Of a stretch of DNA of 64,000 nucleotides, positions 1 to 13,400 are shown in pieces; positions within the stretch are counted from its first letter, which is position 1, and each line of letters starts with the position of its first letter. The stretch is taken from the NCBI GenBank assembly GCA_030141605.1, contig JAQGDQ010000052.1, positions 248,001-312,000 of the forward strand, in the 5' to 3' direction. The position numbers were made by a program, and so were the translations under genes. Source of the DNA: Tubiluchus corallicola (Eukaryota > Animalia > Priapulida). Under the pieces are notes generated by a model. The model searched no databases, had not been told where the DNA came from, and saw nothing but the letters and a program-made list of their open reading frames with translations.

Positions 1-1270
1 ATGATCAACGTTAACTTCAAGCCAGAGGACTTGTGCAACAGTAGATTGTACATGCTAATGAAACGTAATATGCATTTACAGGTTTTACATCTTTTCAGTG
101 AAGAAGGTATATATTCTTAAAAACTTAACAACTCACCTACTTTAGTTAGTTAATTAACTGGTGTAGATGTGTTAACATGTTACTAATGACATGCCTTTAG
201 TCGTGAACAGGAGATAATAACCTCTTTTCTTTCAATTATTACTATGAAATTGAGCCTACCTGCTGTGTACAAGACATGTGTCACTAAGGTGGAGAGCGGT
301 GCCAGTTCTAATTCCTATAATTTTTTACTTTTCTAATCATGCTTAAACACTGTCAGTGTAGAAAAAGAGAGTAATGTCTTTGTAGCAATGTACACATTAC
401 AATTGTAGAAGGAGCAAATGTTCTCTTTTGGGGGAAAATGCATTTTATAAATAATTTGATAACTTGACTGCATTAATTAATCAATTAACTAATTTCCATT
501 CATTAACATATGCAGTTCTACCAAAGTATATTGAAGGGGTGGGGATGATTGTCATCTAATGTTATGTATTACGTTTTTGCAAAACACTGTGGCAAAAATT
601 TAATTCCAGAACTCATCTGCTATTGGATGCCATTGCGAATATTTATGCTGCAACAATGATGAAAAAGTACAAAAACTCGCAAATGTACTTAGAGCTGCCT
701 ATAATTTAAGATTAAAGACAGTTCATTTTACTTATTGTTCTGTGTTTATACTGCTCTACCACAAGGGCAACACTAACTGCTCCAAAGGTTAGAATATTGA
801 TTATGTCCAACAAGTCTCAGTAGAGGTCAAAGTTGCGGCTAAAAACGTTTTTATCACTTTCTATGTCAATCACAAAAGCTTAGTTTTTCCTCCTCGGCTT
901 AGAAGATATGTGTTATTAATAACTAGATCGAAAATTTGGCCCTAAGTTAAACCTATTTCCCATATGCTATGTAAGCTGTTAATTAATGGTTACATAATTA
1001 TCAATTGATTAGACATTTCTTCCTGCATATTAAAAATTGTTGAGAGTTGTTTAATTTATTCCTTCTAGTATTTTATTGGGACATGAATTAGATTCCGGGA
1101 CTTCTAGATAAACGAGTTTTAATTCAAGTGTTTCACAATAACAGCTCTGTTGTCTGCACATTTCTTCATTCTAAAATCTAAAGAATTATTTATAATTTTC
1201 TTTTATGGTTACTGAATATACTGAAGTTTCATGCTGCATTGGTATTTGTTGAAACACTGATTCTATTTAG

Positions 1271-1450
1271 AGAGGTTTAGCCATGCGATCCAGCCAAGTC
1301 TCGTTGGCTTCGTGTCTAGACAATGAGCAAACTCGAGTGACTCAGGTTTTCACACAGATCGGGACTTACAAAGGAACCATTGTAGCAATCAAGGCTCTAC
1401 GTAAAAAGCACATTGAAGTGACACGAACAATAAAGAAAGAAATGAAAATG
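1271..1450 (+). CDS. rGC gene A exon (KHD start)
   Basis: tttag|[12 protein letters not shown]...[11 protein letters not shown]...KKEMKM|gtaag. Confidence 0.88.
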
Positions 1451-4400
1451 GTAAGAGAGATAAATTGACTTTTGCATTTTTTACTTTTTTTCCTTGAATG
1501 GCTTGTTTTACATACTTGACAAGGGATTTATTTAGAATCGTGTTAACACATTATTATAAGCCTACTGATTGTGATGTAGCACAGTCTTTACAGATGTAGA
1601 TAAAACTTGTGGCATCAATGGCCTCATCACTTCCTAATCTGGAGTTTAGAAATGAATCATTCATCAATGTAGTGTAAAAACTGTAAACAACATATGTATT
1701 TTACAGTTTATTTGGGACAAGTAACTGTAGAAAACATTTTCATTTCTTTAAATACTGAAAGTGAGTAAATAAGTAAAATGTCGGCTTACAATTACAAGAA
1801 AAAGTTTGTTAAATGTACTTACTTTTGCGTCTTGATTAACTTGAATTCCTTCTAATTGGCTGTTTGTCATGTTTTTCCATGAGTTTAATTAAATGCTTTG
1901 TTAATTAAGTCTCAACAGTGGAGTTTGTAGACTAATAAAATAATTGATTTAATTAACGTTGTCTTTTCAGCTGTATGTGTCAGTGCTCAAAAAAGGACAA
2001 TAGTTTGTTGTACAATTGCAGATGTGACATCTAAATTGTATTTTTTATAGATGAGGGATATGCGACATGATAACATTAATATGTTCATAGGAGCTTGTAT
2101 AGATGGACCAAGGATATTAATATTATCCGAGTATTGCTCTAAAGGTTCCTTACAGGTATACAGTCCATTGTGTTAGTTGAAAATCTGCTAAATGAAATAC
2201 ATAGAATGTTTGCTTCATAAAACTTTACTTAGTGCCACGACAGCTTTTATTTCTTTTTCCGCCAGAAGAATTAAAATGTCATAGGAAAAAGTTGCAAAGG
2301 TTTTTAAACAGTCAAATATCTTTAGAGTAGGAAAAACAAAAACAAAACTTCTGAGGCAGAGCCAGTGTTATATTAACCCAAGCTAAGGTTTAGTTTTATT
2401 ATTAGCCATGATTATGACTTATGAAAAAACAATTGACTGACATTTGGTTTTCCTTGTGCTTTTTAGTGCTTTTTGCAACTTTTTATAACAAAAAAGTATT
2501 TTCAAATATAAATTTTGCAAATGCATTTGAACCAGTAAGAGTGTTATGACAGACTTCATGAGTGTGTATGTGTGTGCATGATGTGATGCATTGATTGGTT
2601 GGTTGGTATGCTAGCTGCCTGGTTGGTACTACTTACTGGCTGATGAATAGCTGATTAGATCATTTGGCAAGACTAACTGGTAACGTGGCAGCTGCTTGGT
2701 TGGAATAAATTTACTAGATTATCATGAAAGAGAAGTTTAGATCACAGAGATTTTTTTATCTGATTAACCAATACTCTGACTGAGACAAATAGCAAGAAAA
2801 ATAGAAATAATTATAACAAGTATTATAATAAGTTGTCGTAATCTTAAGCTTTCTTGTCTAACAGGATATTCTGGAAAATGATGAAGTTAAACTGGACAAT
2901 ATGTTTATTGCTTCATTAGTACATGACATAATTCGTGTAAGTAAAATGTTTTCGCAGTTTTACTATCTTCGGTGTATTGCTCTATCCCGATTCTTTTCCT
3001 GCAGCTATGGCGACAAGTTGTCGTGCAAGCTATATTTACGAGGCTCATGAATCATTAATTTAGTTTCAAATTTATTTAGCTCAAGACTTTGCATTCAGTT
3101 TTTGGAAAATTTATTACCGTTTGTCCATTTTTGGTTTATTTTGCTGTTCTTTGAAATAATTATTTATGTTTTTAAGGGGTGTGCAAGGAATAATTAATAC
3201 TGCACAGTCACAGTCGTGTTTAAAACCTGCTTCTCTGTAAATCTGATGTTTATTTGTTCGTATTAGCGCAATTTCCACAGCTTTGACACGTGAATGTGTA
3301 CCTAATAAATTATTGTGCACGTAAGTTAGCCAGTTTTGAAGTAACATTTTTCTCTTTTTTCCAATATTATTAATTACATATTATCTTGTTTATTTATTTT
3401 CCATTTAATAATTGGTTTATGTTTCCAAAATTCCACATTGCACATGCTAAGTTCTGCCACTCACAAATAGGTATTCTAAGCTGGTAGTGTGGTGACGGCT
3501 CAAATTATGTAGTCTCCAAAAAGGTTTGCAAGATCAAATGATAAGTGCCACATTTTGATAGTCAACTTCACTTCTAAATTTTTGGCATAGACAGAATCGC
3601 AAAAGATCAATTGGTCTCAGTCCGATAATTGAATTAACAGAACAAACTAGTGTGTCTAAAATGACAAGTGGACATGCTTACTTTATAAAGAGTTGTGTCT
3701 ATGTTTTTCGTGACTATAGTGATATATTTTTCTAAATTAACATATCCTTTTTTCTGTTTTCTTGGCATAATCAATAAAATATGCAGACTTGTGCTATTTA
3801 TTAGGGATGTGTCGTGTGTGGCTGTCATCTCTCCTTGACATAAATTGGAATTCATTAGAGAGCCTCAAACTATTGTCATGGCCATAAATATTAATATGTT
3901 TATTCTGTTTCAAATTTATTGTTCATTCCTGAGCAAATGCCGAAAAGATAAAATTTCTGATTGTGTATTGAGTACATTATTGGTGACTGGCTGTATTCTT
4001 AATGTAGGTGTTGTGATAGATGATAGGCTCAACTAGTGTTTGGTTTTTGAATTTACAGATGAAAGCCTTCCACAATGGCATTGTAAATATTATGACATTT
4101 TTAAAGATTTAGTATAATGGCTTGCTGACCTATTTAATTAACTTAGGTAATAGCAGTTTTAGTTCGTCCTCAGAAATAACTTTCTTTTGTATGCTAATAT
4201 GCTGTTATCTACCCTACCCACCTCTATCTACCCACCACTAGATTACTTTTCACTATTTCATGCACTGGCTTTACGCAGTCAAGGTTAAGTTAACCAACTC
4301 TGACCCAGCGCTTGTACCAAAACAACTTTGTAGTTTCTTTAAGCTAAGTTTTTTAAAACAGATATTTAAATTTGTTTGCATCGACTGGCATTTAGACAAA

Positions 4401-7400
4401 TACTCACATTATTTTGGTCTTTGTTGACTTGGCTAAGCTAAATGGTTTCGTATAGTACAGTACTGTAAGTTAACGTGTGTGCTAACTTTCTTGCGTACAT
4501 GATCAAGATTACAGTATAATGGAAATGAACTGAAGTTTCACTTTTAAGTTTTTTGTTGATAAGCATTGTTGCTGTTTGAATTCTTTATGGGTAATATTTT
4601 GAAATAGAGGCTACACTCTTAATTTACATAGAGAGTTGCAAGGAAAATTACATGTCTGAATGTGCAGCTTTCATATTCCTAATATTAAGGTTACTGGGGC
4701 TAAAATTACGAAGACCAGTGTCACGTGCATTAGGAAATGGGCTTAAATGCTGAGGTTCCAGCCTTGCAGGCACCAAGATTACAGGTGTTGAGTTGGGCAC
4801 ATTGAAGAATGCCATCCATGTTTACACACATTTTTTCAGTGTTAAATTAACCATACATGTCACAAAATTGGTCACAATTCTACAGTGCTTTCTCATCATT
4901 ATTAATAACGTAGATATTTACAGACAGCTTTTTCTGATCACAAATTATTTAGTTTACATTTACTTGTAATTGAAAACCTATTTAAGCTACAGCCAAACAT
5001 GAAAGAAATATATTGAGGTTTTGTGTTATAGTTGTTTAACTCAGCTTTATAATAGTAATACTATTTGTTTTTCAAATGCTATTTGTCTCTGTATTAGTCA
5101 CTTAGTCATCACTTAATGTGTTCTCACACCTGTATCAAAACTATGGGCACCTAAGTATTAATAAAGTATTACTGAAAAATAATAATGTAAAATAAATCAG
5201 TTTGTGTAGAAATAAATTCACCCTGTTATGTTTCATAACTCAAAAGTTACAATGCTCAAAGTTTTTTTTCAAATGTTAATGCAATGAAGGCCATTATAAT
5301 GTTAATTGAAGGCCATTCTGAAGTAAAGTTTAAGACATCACTGTACTTAACGTGGAATTTTGAACATCTTTAATAGTTGATTAACTTAAAGTAAAAGTTT
5401 ATTGTCGGCAAGATATTCCAATAATAAGTTGAGATTAGTGTTTGTAAATTAGTTGATAAATCCGCATGTAATTATGCCAAACGAAGATATTTAAATTAAC
5501 TTTCTGATGGAGATATTCAAAAACTCTTCTAAACTACACTGGTGAGCCAAGAAGCCACTAAATCACAACAGTGACATCAGTTTCATAGACAGAAATGCCA
5601 GCAACAAATACATGTTGAAAAAGCGCATGAAATTTTATTACAACTACAAGTGCAATTCTACATTTGGCTTAAAATGTAGTATGTACCACGCATATACTTT
5701 GAAAGTGAAAACAAACTATAAATATGAATATTACTGTCGTATTATTAAATTACTAATTATCTTCTTCTCAAACTCTGTAAGTGGCATTTTCGTAGAAAAT
5801 TAAATTGCCCATGTGTTTTGCTTTTCTACTGTTCTGACACAATAAACTTTTTTGTTTTACTTGATCAAAATGCCTCCCTCTGAAAAGTGTCACTCAGAGC
5901 AGACCGCTCCCTCTGCCCCCCCCCATTAGCTACTGTTTGTAATTATAAAAAACTGTTTTACATGTATGTTACTGCTTGATTATTTCACTTTTGCATTTTT
6001 GCTATTGTGTTACTAGCATTACTACTTTTACAGCTTAAATGTTACAAAAGCTTACTGAGGCAACGGACGTACTTCTCCTTGTCATTGATGTAATGCTGCT
6101 TGCAATATCGAGCTATTTTCAGCAGCTCATTCTGCAACAAGGTTTTTTTCTATTTGAGTTGTATTCATACAAGGACAAATGAATATAATGAATTATGTAT
6201 TATTTACTATTATTCAGCAATGTCTAATGATGTTGATCCGAATGTGAAAGAAACTACAGGGATTTCTTTTGTACATTTAATTAATGCACCTGCTCACTCG
6301 TAACAGTATTGGCCTCTGTTATGGCTGTCGGTTTGCGCAGCCTTTACATGTTTGATTATTTATCTGTATTTTTTAAATGACATACTTGTCTATTTGTCTG
6401 CAGTGGCCATTTGAGTGTGTTTATTTGTTTATTATTGCTCTTTATCTATATATGCTAATGCAAATTCTAACCATTTTGTGTATTCTTACTGCATTTAGGG
6501 TATGATGTATATACACGACAGTCCTCTTCGTTCTCATGGTAACTTGACCTCGTCAAACTGTGTCGTAGACAGTAGATGGGTTCTTAAAATCACGGATTAT
6601 GGTTTACATGAATTCAAAGAAGGTGCAGAGGTGGACTATGAAGGAGACAGGCTTTTTCAGAGTAAGTTCATTACGTGATCACGACACTATAAGCACTGTT
6701 TACAACTAATATGTACTAAAATTGGATATATGTGAATTTGACAAGCTTGTTGCTTTTTTATGGCCAAACATTAAAAACTATGGTCTTTAGCCATACTTAA
6801 ACCACCAGAACTAATTCTTAAATATAGCATATCCTTGTGAATGTATTTGTCAGAAACTATGCTGAAATTCGATTTTTTGCATTTTTCATAAATTTTAAGT
6901 GTTTAGAAATTATATAATTGAATGGACTAATAAAACTACTGCATTGGCTAATACTAGTAAAGTTCTAAGTCTAAATTATTCTTTATAATAGATCTTTTAT
7001 AATACCTTTATCTGCTAACGACAATTTTTGAGTGCGTAGATAATCTAATTAAAGTGTTCTTGTGAGACTGCTTATGTCAAACTTGTAAAATTTCTGTTTA
7101 TGTATTTGGAGAGCTCACGTGAGTATTCTAAGTAACATATTGTCATTTTTCCTTGATGTAAGAGGTATTAATTTTCGTCTTTGTTTGATGAGTACATTTT
7201 GCTTCACTTTTGTTAATTGTCACATACTTCATTATTCTGGCCTCCAGGCAGGATTAATCAATCAAATAGACAATCAGAGAACCAATTTTCCACTTTACTG
7301 TCTCTTATTATTATTTGAATATAAAGCAGGCATCAGCAATAGCCTTACTATATATCGTTCAGCTGACAGTCAAGTGATTGCACGTTACAAGCTCGTTACT

Positions 7401-10400
7401 CAAGCAATCAAGTTGCAAAAAAGCAATTGAAGTTTGTTTTGGCGAACATGAAGTTCCGTCATAAAATTCCCACATTTTATAAATATCGTGCCTACTGAAT
7501 ATTGCTTTACCAATTCAAACGTAACATAGAAACATGGTTTAGCAAACCTAGTCTTAGAAGCATTTTGTTTTGATATATTCATGAAGCGAAATATTTTGAT
7601 GTTCTATTAATAATACAATGGCTGTCCTTGATAATAACTTGGCCTTTATTGCTTACATTTCAGTGCAATCTTGCATCATCATCAAATCAGCTGCAGAGAT
7701 GTTCTATTAACTCCAACTGGAACTCGTTTCCAGCATATAGCTAAAATGGTTAATACATTTGTGTTTTACTGATCATGCTGTACTTGGAGCCCAGTAAGTT
7801 TGGTACAGATAGATTTGGTCCTGGTAATTTTGGTACAAGGAAATTTTAGCACTGGGAAAATGGGTTCAGAAAAAATATGGTACTGGTAAATACAGTACTG
7901 GTGAAGTTTTGTCAGCATTTTTGGTGCAAGTAAATCTGGTGTACAAAGTAAAAATGATGTGGAACAGGTTTGGTGCTAGGAAGGTTTAGTACTGCAAAGG
8001 TTTCGTACTAGGAAAGTTTGATACAGAGATAGTTTGGTAAAAGGAAAAGTTTGATAATTTGTACAACAAAAATATCTTTTATATAACATACTCGAAAAAG
8101 TTATAGAGGTTCATATTGTTGCATTTGTTTTTGGTGGTTTTTTGTTCATTTGTTTGTTTGTCTGTTGTTTGTTACTTCATTTATTGTCAGTGTTTGTCTG
8201 TTGCTTGCTTGCTCCCTTGTTGTGATCATCATCATCTTCATCATCATTGACATCGTCATTATTACTTTTGTTGAATTCTTGTTGTTGTTGTTGCTGCTGC
8301 TGTTGCTTTTGCCATTGTTATTGTTGTTTTACTTGTGTTGTTATTGTTGTCATTGTCATTGTTGCTGCTGCTGCTGTTTTTGTTGCTGATGTCGTTGCTG
8401 TTGCTGTTGTTTGTTTGTTTCTTGCATGCTGGTTTTATTATCATAATCATCATCAGCATCATCTTCGTCACTACTGTTGCCATTGTTACATTTGTCTTTT
8501 GTTGCTGTTGCTGTTGCAGTTATTTTGTAATGAAATGCAGAAATGCTCACTTTTCTGTTTAGTACCAATATTTTTCTCTTACGAAACATTCACTATAATA
8601 GATTTTCCTAGTACCAAAAATTCTTTGTATCTAAAGATTATAATACCAAATTTACCAAAATTTCCATGTACTACAAATTCCTTGTACCAAATTTTGCCAG
8701 TACCAAACTTTCTTGGTACCAAATTCTGGTGTACCAACTTTGCGGGTACCAAACTTACGTGTACTAAACTTTCCTACATTCATTTCACGGTCATCTTGTT
8801 ATACTTGATTAATATAGATATGCTGTGGAGAGCTCCTGAGCTGTTAAGAGATCCCAATGCACCTCCTTGTGGTACACAGAAAGGGGATATTTATTCATTT
8901 GGCATTATTTTATTTGAGATACATGGCAGAAATGGGCCATGGGGAGAAATAGCTATGACATCAGAAGGTAAGATATTTTCAATACTTCGCATTTATCATA
9001 TTGATAGCAAATATTGCACACAATTGTGCAGTGCTAATTGTAGTGAAAATATGAATTTTGGTAAAAAATGCATTTGGTTCAATTTGTTAACGTCAGTTTA
9101 ATATGCACGGTCAGATATTGATTTAGACTGTATTTACTAGGTATCAAGTAGTTTCTATGAACTTGTTGTTTACATCAACTTTATCAAATTAGTTCATTTA
9201 ATGCTTGCACCAAAATTAATTATTAAATTGTAGCGATGAACTTGTCAAATAGCCTTTGGTAGGTCAACATTTTTGGTGTAAATTATGGCACGATGAGGCA
9301 GTTTTGTAGTGTATTGCCTTAAAAGCATAAACCTAGCAAGATCATGCAGCGAAACCTTTTTCTGTGAGCTGTGGAGACAGACATTTTTGACCACTTGGTG
9401 CACATGAATTCATTTCAACATGCATTTCAAACATTTGTATTATAGCAACAGAAAAAGAGTGTAAGTGTTGCACTTGGCATTACTAGATTGTCGTTTCTCA
9501 TCCACAGTTTTGATCAACTATAATTTTTAAAATCAAGAATAGTACAAATTCAACAAGCACAGTACTTCAAATAGGCTAAATATGTGATCTAAAATCATTC
9601 TGGCATATCAGATTGAGAAATTATCAACTTTGCAATAGCACTGCAGTACACACTGCATTGGTTGATAACTTATAAATACCACTTGCTGTGGAAACACCAA
9701 TGGTTCATCAATTTGAAATTTATGCTTTGGAATGAACAAGGTGCTTGATTTATTATTTTAGGTCTCGCAAATTATTGTTAGGCATTCGGTTTCTTTAAAG
9801 TGGTTGGTATAGTACAAAGTTTAGTTTAGAAATCAGTGATGCTTTGCAAAAAATACAAAAATTCTATTTTTTGAAATATAGATATAGTCAGCAGAGTAAT
9901 GAAACCTAGTGAGCAGCTATTTCGTCCGAGCATCGAGCAGATATATGATTCTACACCTGACTGTGTCATGGAGACCATGCGAGAGTGCTGGTCAGAGGAT
10001 CCTAATTTTCGACCAGACTTCAAAACCATCCGGTCCAAGCTGAAACCCATGCAGAAAGGCATGTAAGTGAAACTGCATTACTTCATTCGATTGTCTTTTG
10101 CAAATCACATTTTTTATTTTGTTATTTATTTTATACTGATCATTGTCTTTGCAATTTTTACCGTAACTTGAACTACACCTTAATTTGACCTGCTTTAACA
10201 TACTTTATTAGTAATTGTTTAGTTATTACTTTGTTTACTCACAATGAAATGATCAACTGAATTAAATGACTAGCTACTCAAATGCTGTTTACTTGATAAA
10301 TCACAAGACGTTGATTTCTTCATATGCTTCACTCAGAAGTGTGTGTTTAGTCTTTCTGGCACCATTTCCTGAATGTTTGTGGAATTGATAAGTCTTCTTC

Positions 10401-13400
10401 TGGTGAAAATTACTTTATTTGTTTTATCATAATTGATCTCAATTCTCAAATATGTGCAGGAAAGCAAATATTTTTGATAATATGATTGCAATGATGGAAA
10501 AATATGCGACAAACCTAGAAAGTCTAGTGGAAGAAAGAACTGACCAACTTTTTGAAGAAAAGAAAAAGACTGAAGAGCTACTACTACAGATGATCCCTAG
10601 GTATGTTTATCCAAGCCTTGAAAGAAAATTGCTGACAAGTGCTTATTGTTAATGGCTGCACAATAATTTGAAAGATACAGATGGATGTGCAAAGCTGTAG
10701 GCTAGATGGATGGATGTGCAAAACCCCTTTGTGTTCTGATGTGCAGCAAAAAAATGAAGTTATATGCTTGTTTCTGTTTTGGCACCTAAGTACACTACTT
10801 AACACAGATTTACCAAGGGGTTTAAAATAGCACTTACACAACTTCATGTTACTGACGTTGGCTGTAATTAGTATTAGCGATAGTATAGCTTCTTGATTTA
10901 ACGTGAACAGTAGAAGGCCGAGCCAACGTACTTGAAATCCACATGGGGTCGATGTTGCCAAATAAGTTGTATCATTCAAATTTAGGTAACTGTCACACAC
11001 AACTGTCTTTTTCTTCAGTTCAGAAATTACGTTGTTAAGAAAAAAGTAATTAGTTCATCTAGATTAAAATTCATTTTCTAACACGTATTTTTCACACAGC
11101 ACTGTCCCCATATCAAAAGGTTCAGAGAAAATAGCTAAAATAGCTACTTAAGTTATAACAGAAATACCTGCAATAGCTGTTCGTTAAGAAATGGTGACAG
11201 TCATATCACTGCTGCACTTGTTTGTTAATGCTTGCTGATTCTAAGTTATAATTGGTAATTTCTCACAATACTTTTTGCTTCAAACAGTTATTATAAAAAG
11301 TAAATGCATTGCAAAGTTTACATTCTTTTTCAAGGTCAGTCGCAGAGCAGTTGAAAAGAGGCAAAACAGTTGATCCAGAGTCATTTGAATGTGTTACAAT
11401 ATACTTCAGTGATATTGTTGGCTTTACCTCCTTATCTGCGTCTAGTACACCTCTTCAGGTGAGTTATTAAGCTGATGTGGTGGAGGGTGTAATTTTAGGA
11501 AGAAGACTGTAAATTAGGAACTCAGTAAATCACTTGAAATGCTGAGAGTGAAATTTACTTTGTATACAATTGCTTATTTATTTCTTCATTTTTGCAGCCA
11601 TTTGTTCTTTCTTTCATATGTTTGCATTTTCATTCATTCTTTACACTCATTCACTACATGTTTGTTCATTTATACTTTTAATTACGTATTTATTTTTTCA
11701 TTCAATACTAATAAAATCCAATGTGCAGTCTGCTTAGTAATACTATAAAATTTAACACCATCCAATCCACAGAATTATACTTACTGGTAATGCAAAATCC
11801 AGTATTTCCAGTTGAACCTAGGCCACACACCATTCTGTGGTTTGATAAGCTAACTTTAGCTATCCACTTCCTGTAGTATCTGCTTGTAAAAATAGCTTAT
11901 TGTTTGTCATTTTAATGTTGGTGATTAAAAAATAATAAATTTCCTGGAAGTATAACCTTTGCAGAATATTGTCATATCATTTATTTATGTTTTAACCATG
12001 TAATTGAAAGTGTTAAAAAATGTTCAAATGCAAGTAACTACCTGTGTAACAGGGATGAGAATTTTCCGCGGATACGCGGAATTCCGAGTTTTTGGAAGAC
12101 CAGTAGTGCCATTTTTGTAAATCACGTAAATTCGTTGAGAAAATTTTTCCGGTTTGAACCTTGTTTTTGTCGAAATCGTAACTGAAACTTTCAGTAGCAT
12201 TTTTTCGAGGTATTTGTCCAGCTTACCTTTTATCCCCTAGATGTTAAAAATCGCTGAAGAATTTTGACTAAAATAGTTCAAATAAAGCGTAAATATCGTT
12301 TATTTGATAATCTGTACGATTTGTAGCATGCCTTTTATGGCAATGCGGCATATTTTCATTGCTGGGAAATGTGAAGCTTTGAGGCCTCCAGACACAAACA
12401 ACGGAAATACCAAAGCGTAATTTGAATAAAACCAAGTTTAATTTTATAATTTATGAAATAGGCAACAAAATGTATATAAAATAAAATTTGTTAATTTTTT
12501 GAAGCTTCATTATTTCATAACCGTATGATTTTATTGTGTAAATTTGTCTGGTTGTTTTTGTTAATGCAGGTTATTTATGAGCTGGTATTTCATAGCTTGC
12601 TAATTTAAATTGGACTTACAATAGACTATATATGCTTTTATGTTAAAAATGTTATCTTGGGCAAACAATTGTGGTTTGGTTTTTAAACTCTAGGCAAGCT
12701 GATGTCGATAAGCAGTGATGCTCTAGGATATCCCCAGTCATTTCTTTTTTGTTGCTCTGCCTTATTTATTATGATGTGTTTGTTTTTAATCGTATAATTT
12801 TAGATCTAGATTACAATTTTGATTTTTTTAGAGGCAAATTTGTGGTATTTTACTATAAAAACTACATGTAATAGTAAGCATTCTTCGACACTTGATTCTT
12901 GATGCTTTTCAGTGAGATCTGTTCAAAAATTTTCCCATCATCAACTCTGCGCAAAGGAAACATCAATGTTAAAAGTTAACTTTTAAAAGTTAAATTTTAA
13001 TTTTTATATGGCATTTTTATGTGTTGAAATAAGTTTTAAATAAATAAATAAATGAGTAGTTTGCTGGAACAAGTAGCAAGTCACATTATGGTGAATTTCA
13101 GACTAATAGCACATAAACATTTTACCTCTTCTTTACTTTTCTATCTGCACAAAGTGTTCAGGTCAGCTCAGAAAGTATGTAAAGCATAGGCATGTCATAG
13201 AGTTACACACAGAAAGTGCGTAAGTCTAATTTTACAATTTGTTATTATATGTCCTAAAATTATGATTAAAAGTGGTGAAAAATGCAGAGGAAGTGCACAT
13301 TGCAAGAGTCTGTTCTTAAGAGAATTTTTTAAAAATATATTATAATGATTTTGGCTTTCTAACTGGCTAAACCACCTATGTCTATAAAACTTCATTTTTT

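Noticed and set aside
8150-9101. 284-aa Cys/Leu-rich ORF and overlapping ORFs
   Set aside because: Read-through of trinucleotide and foldback repeats; only 8818-8967 is a real exon.
1271-10062. Active protein kinase
   Set aside because: HGNL replaces HRDL (no catalytic Asp) in both genes, the normal pseudokinase state of rGCs.
12050-12130. hAT-like end CAGGGATG with palindromic CCGCGG motifs
   Set aside because: No matching opposite TIR or TSD was found.
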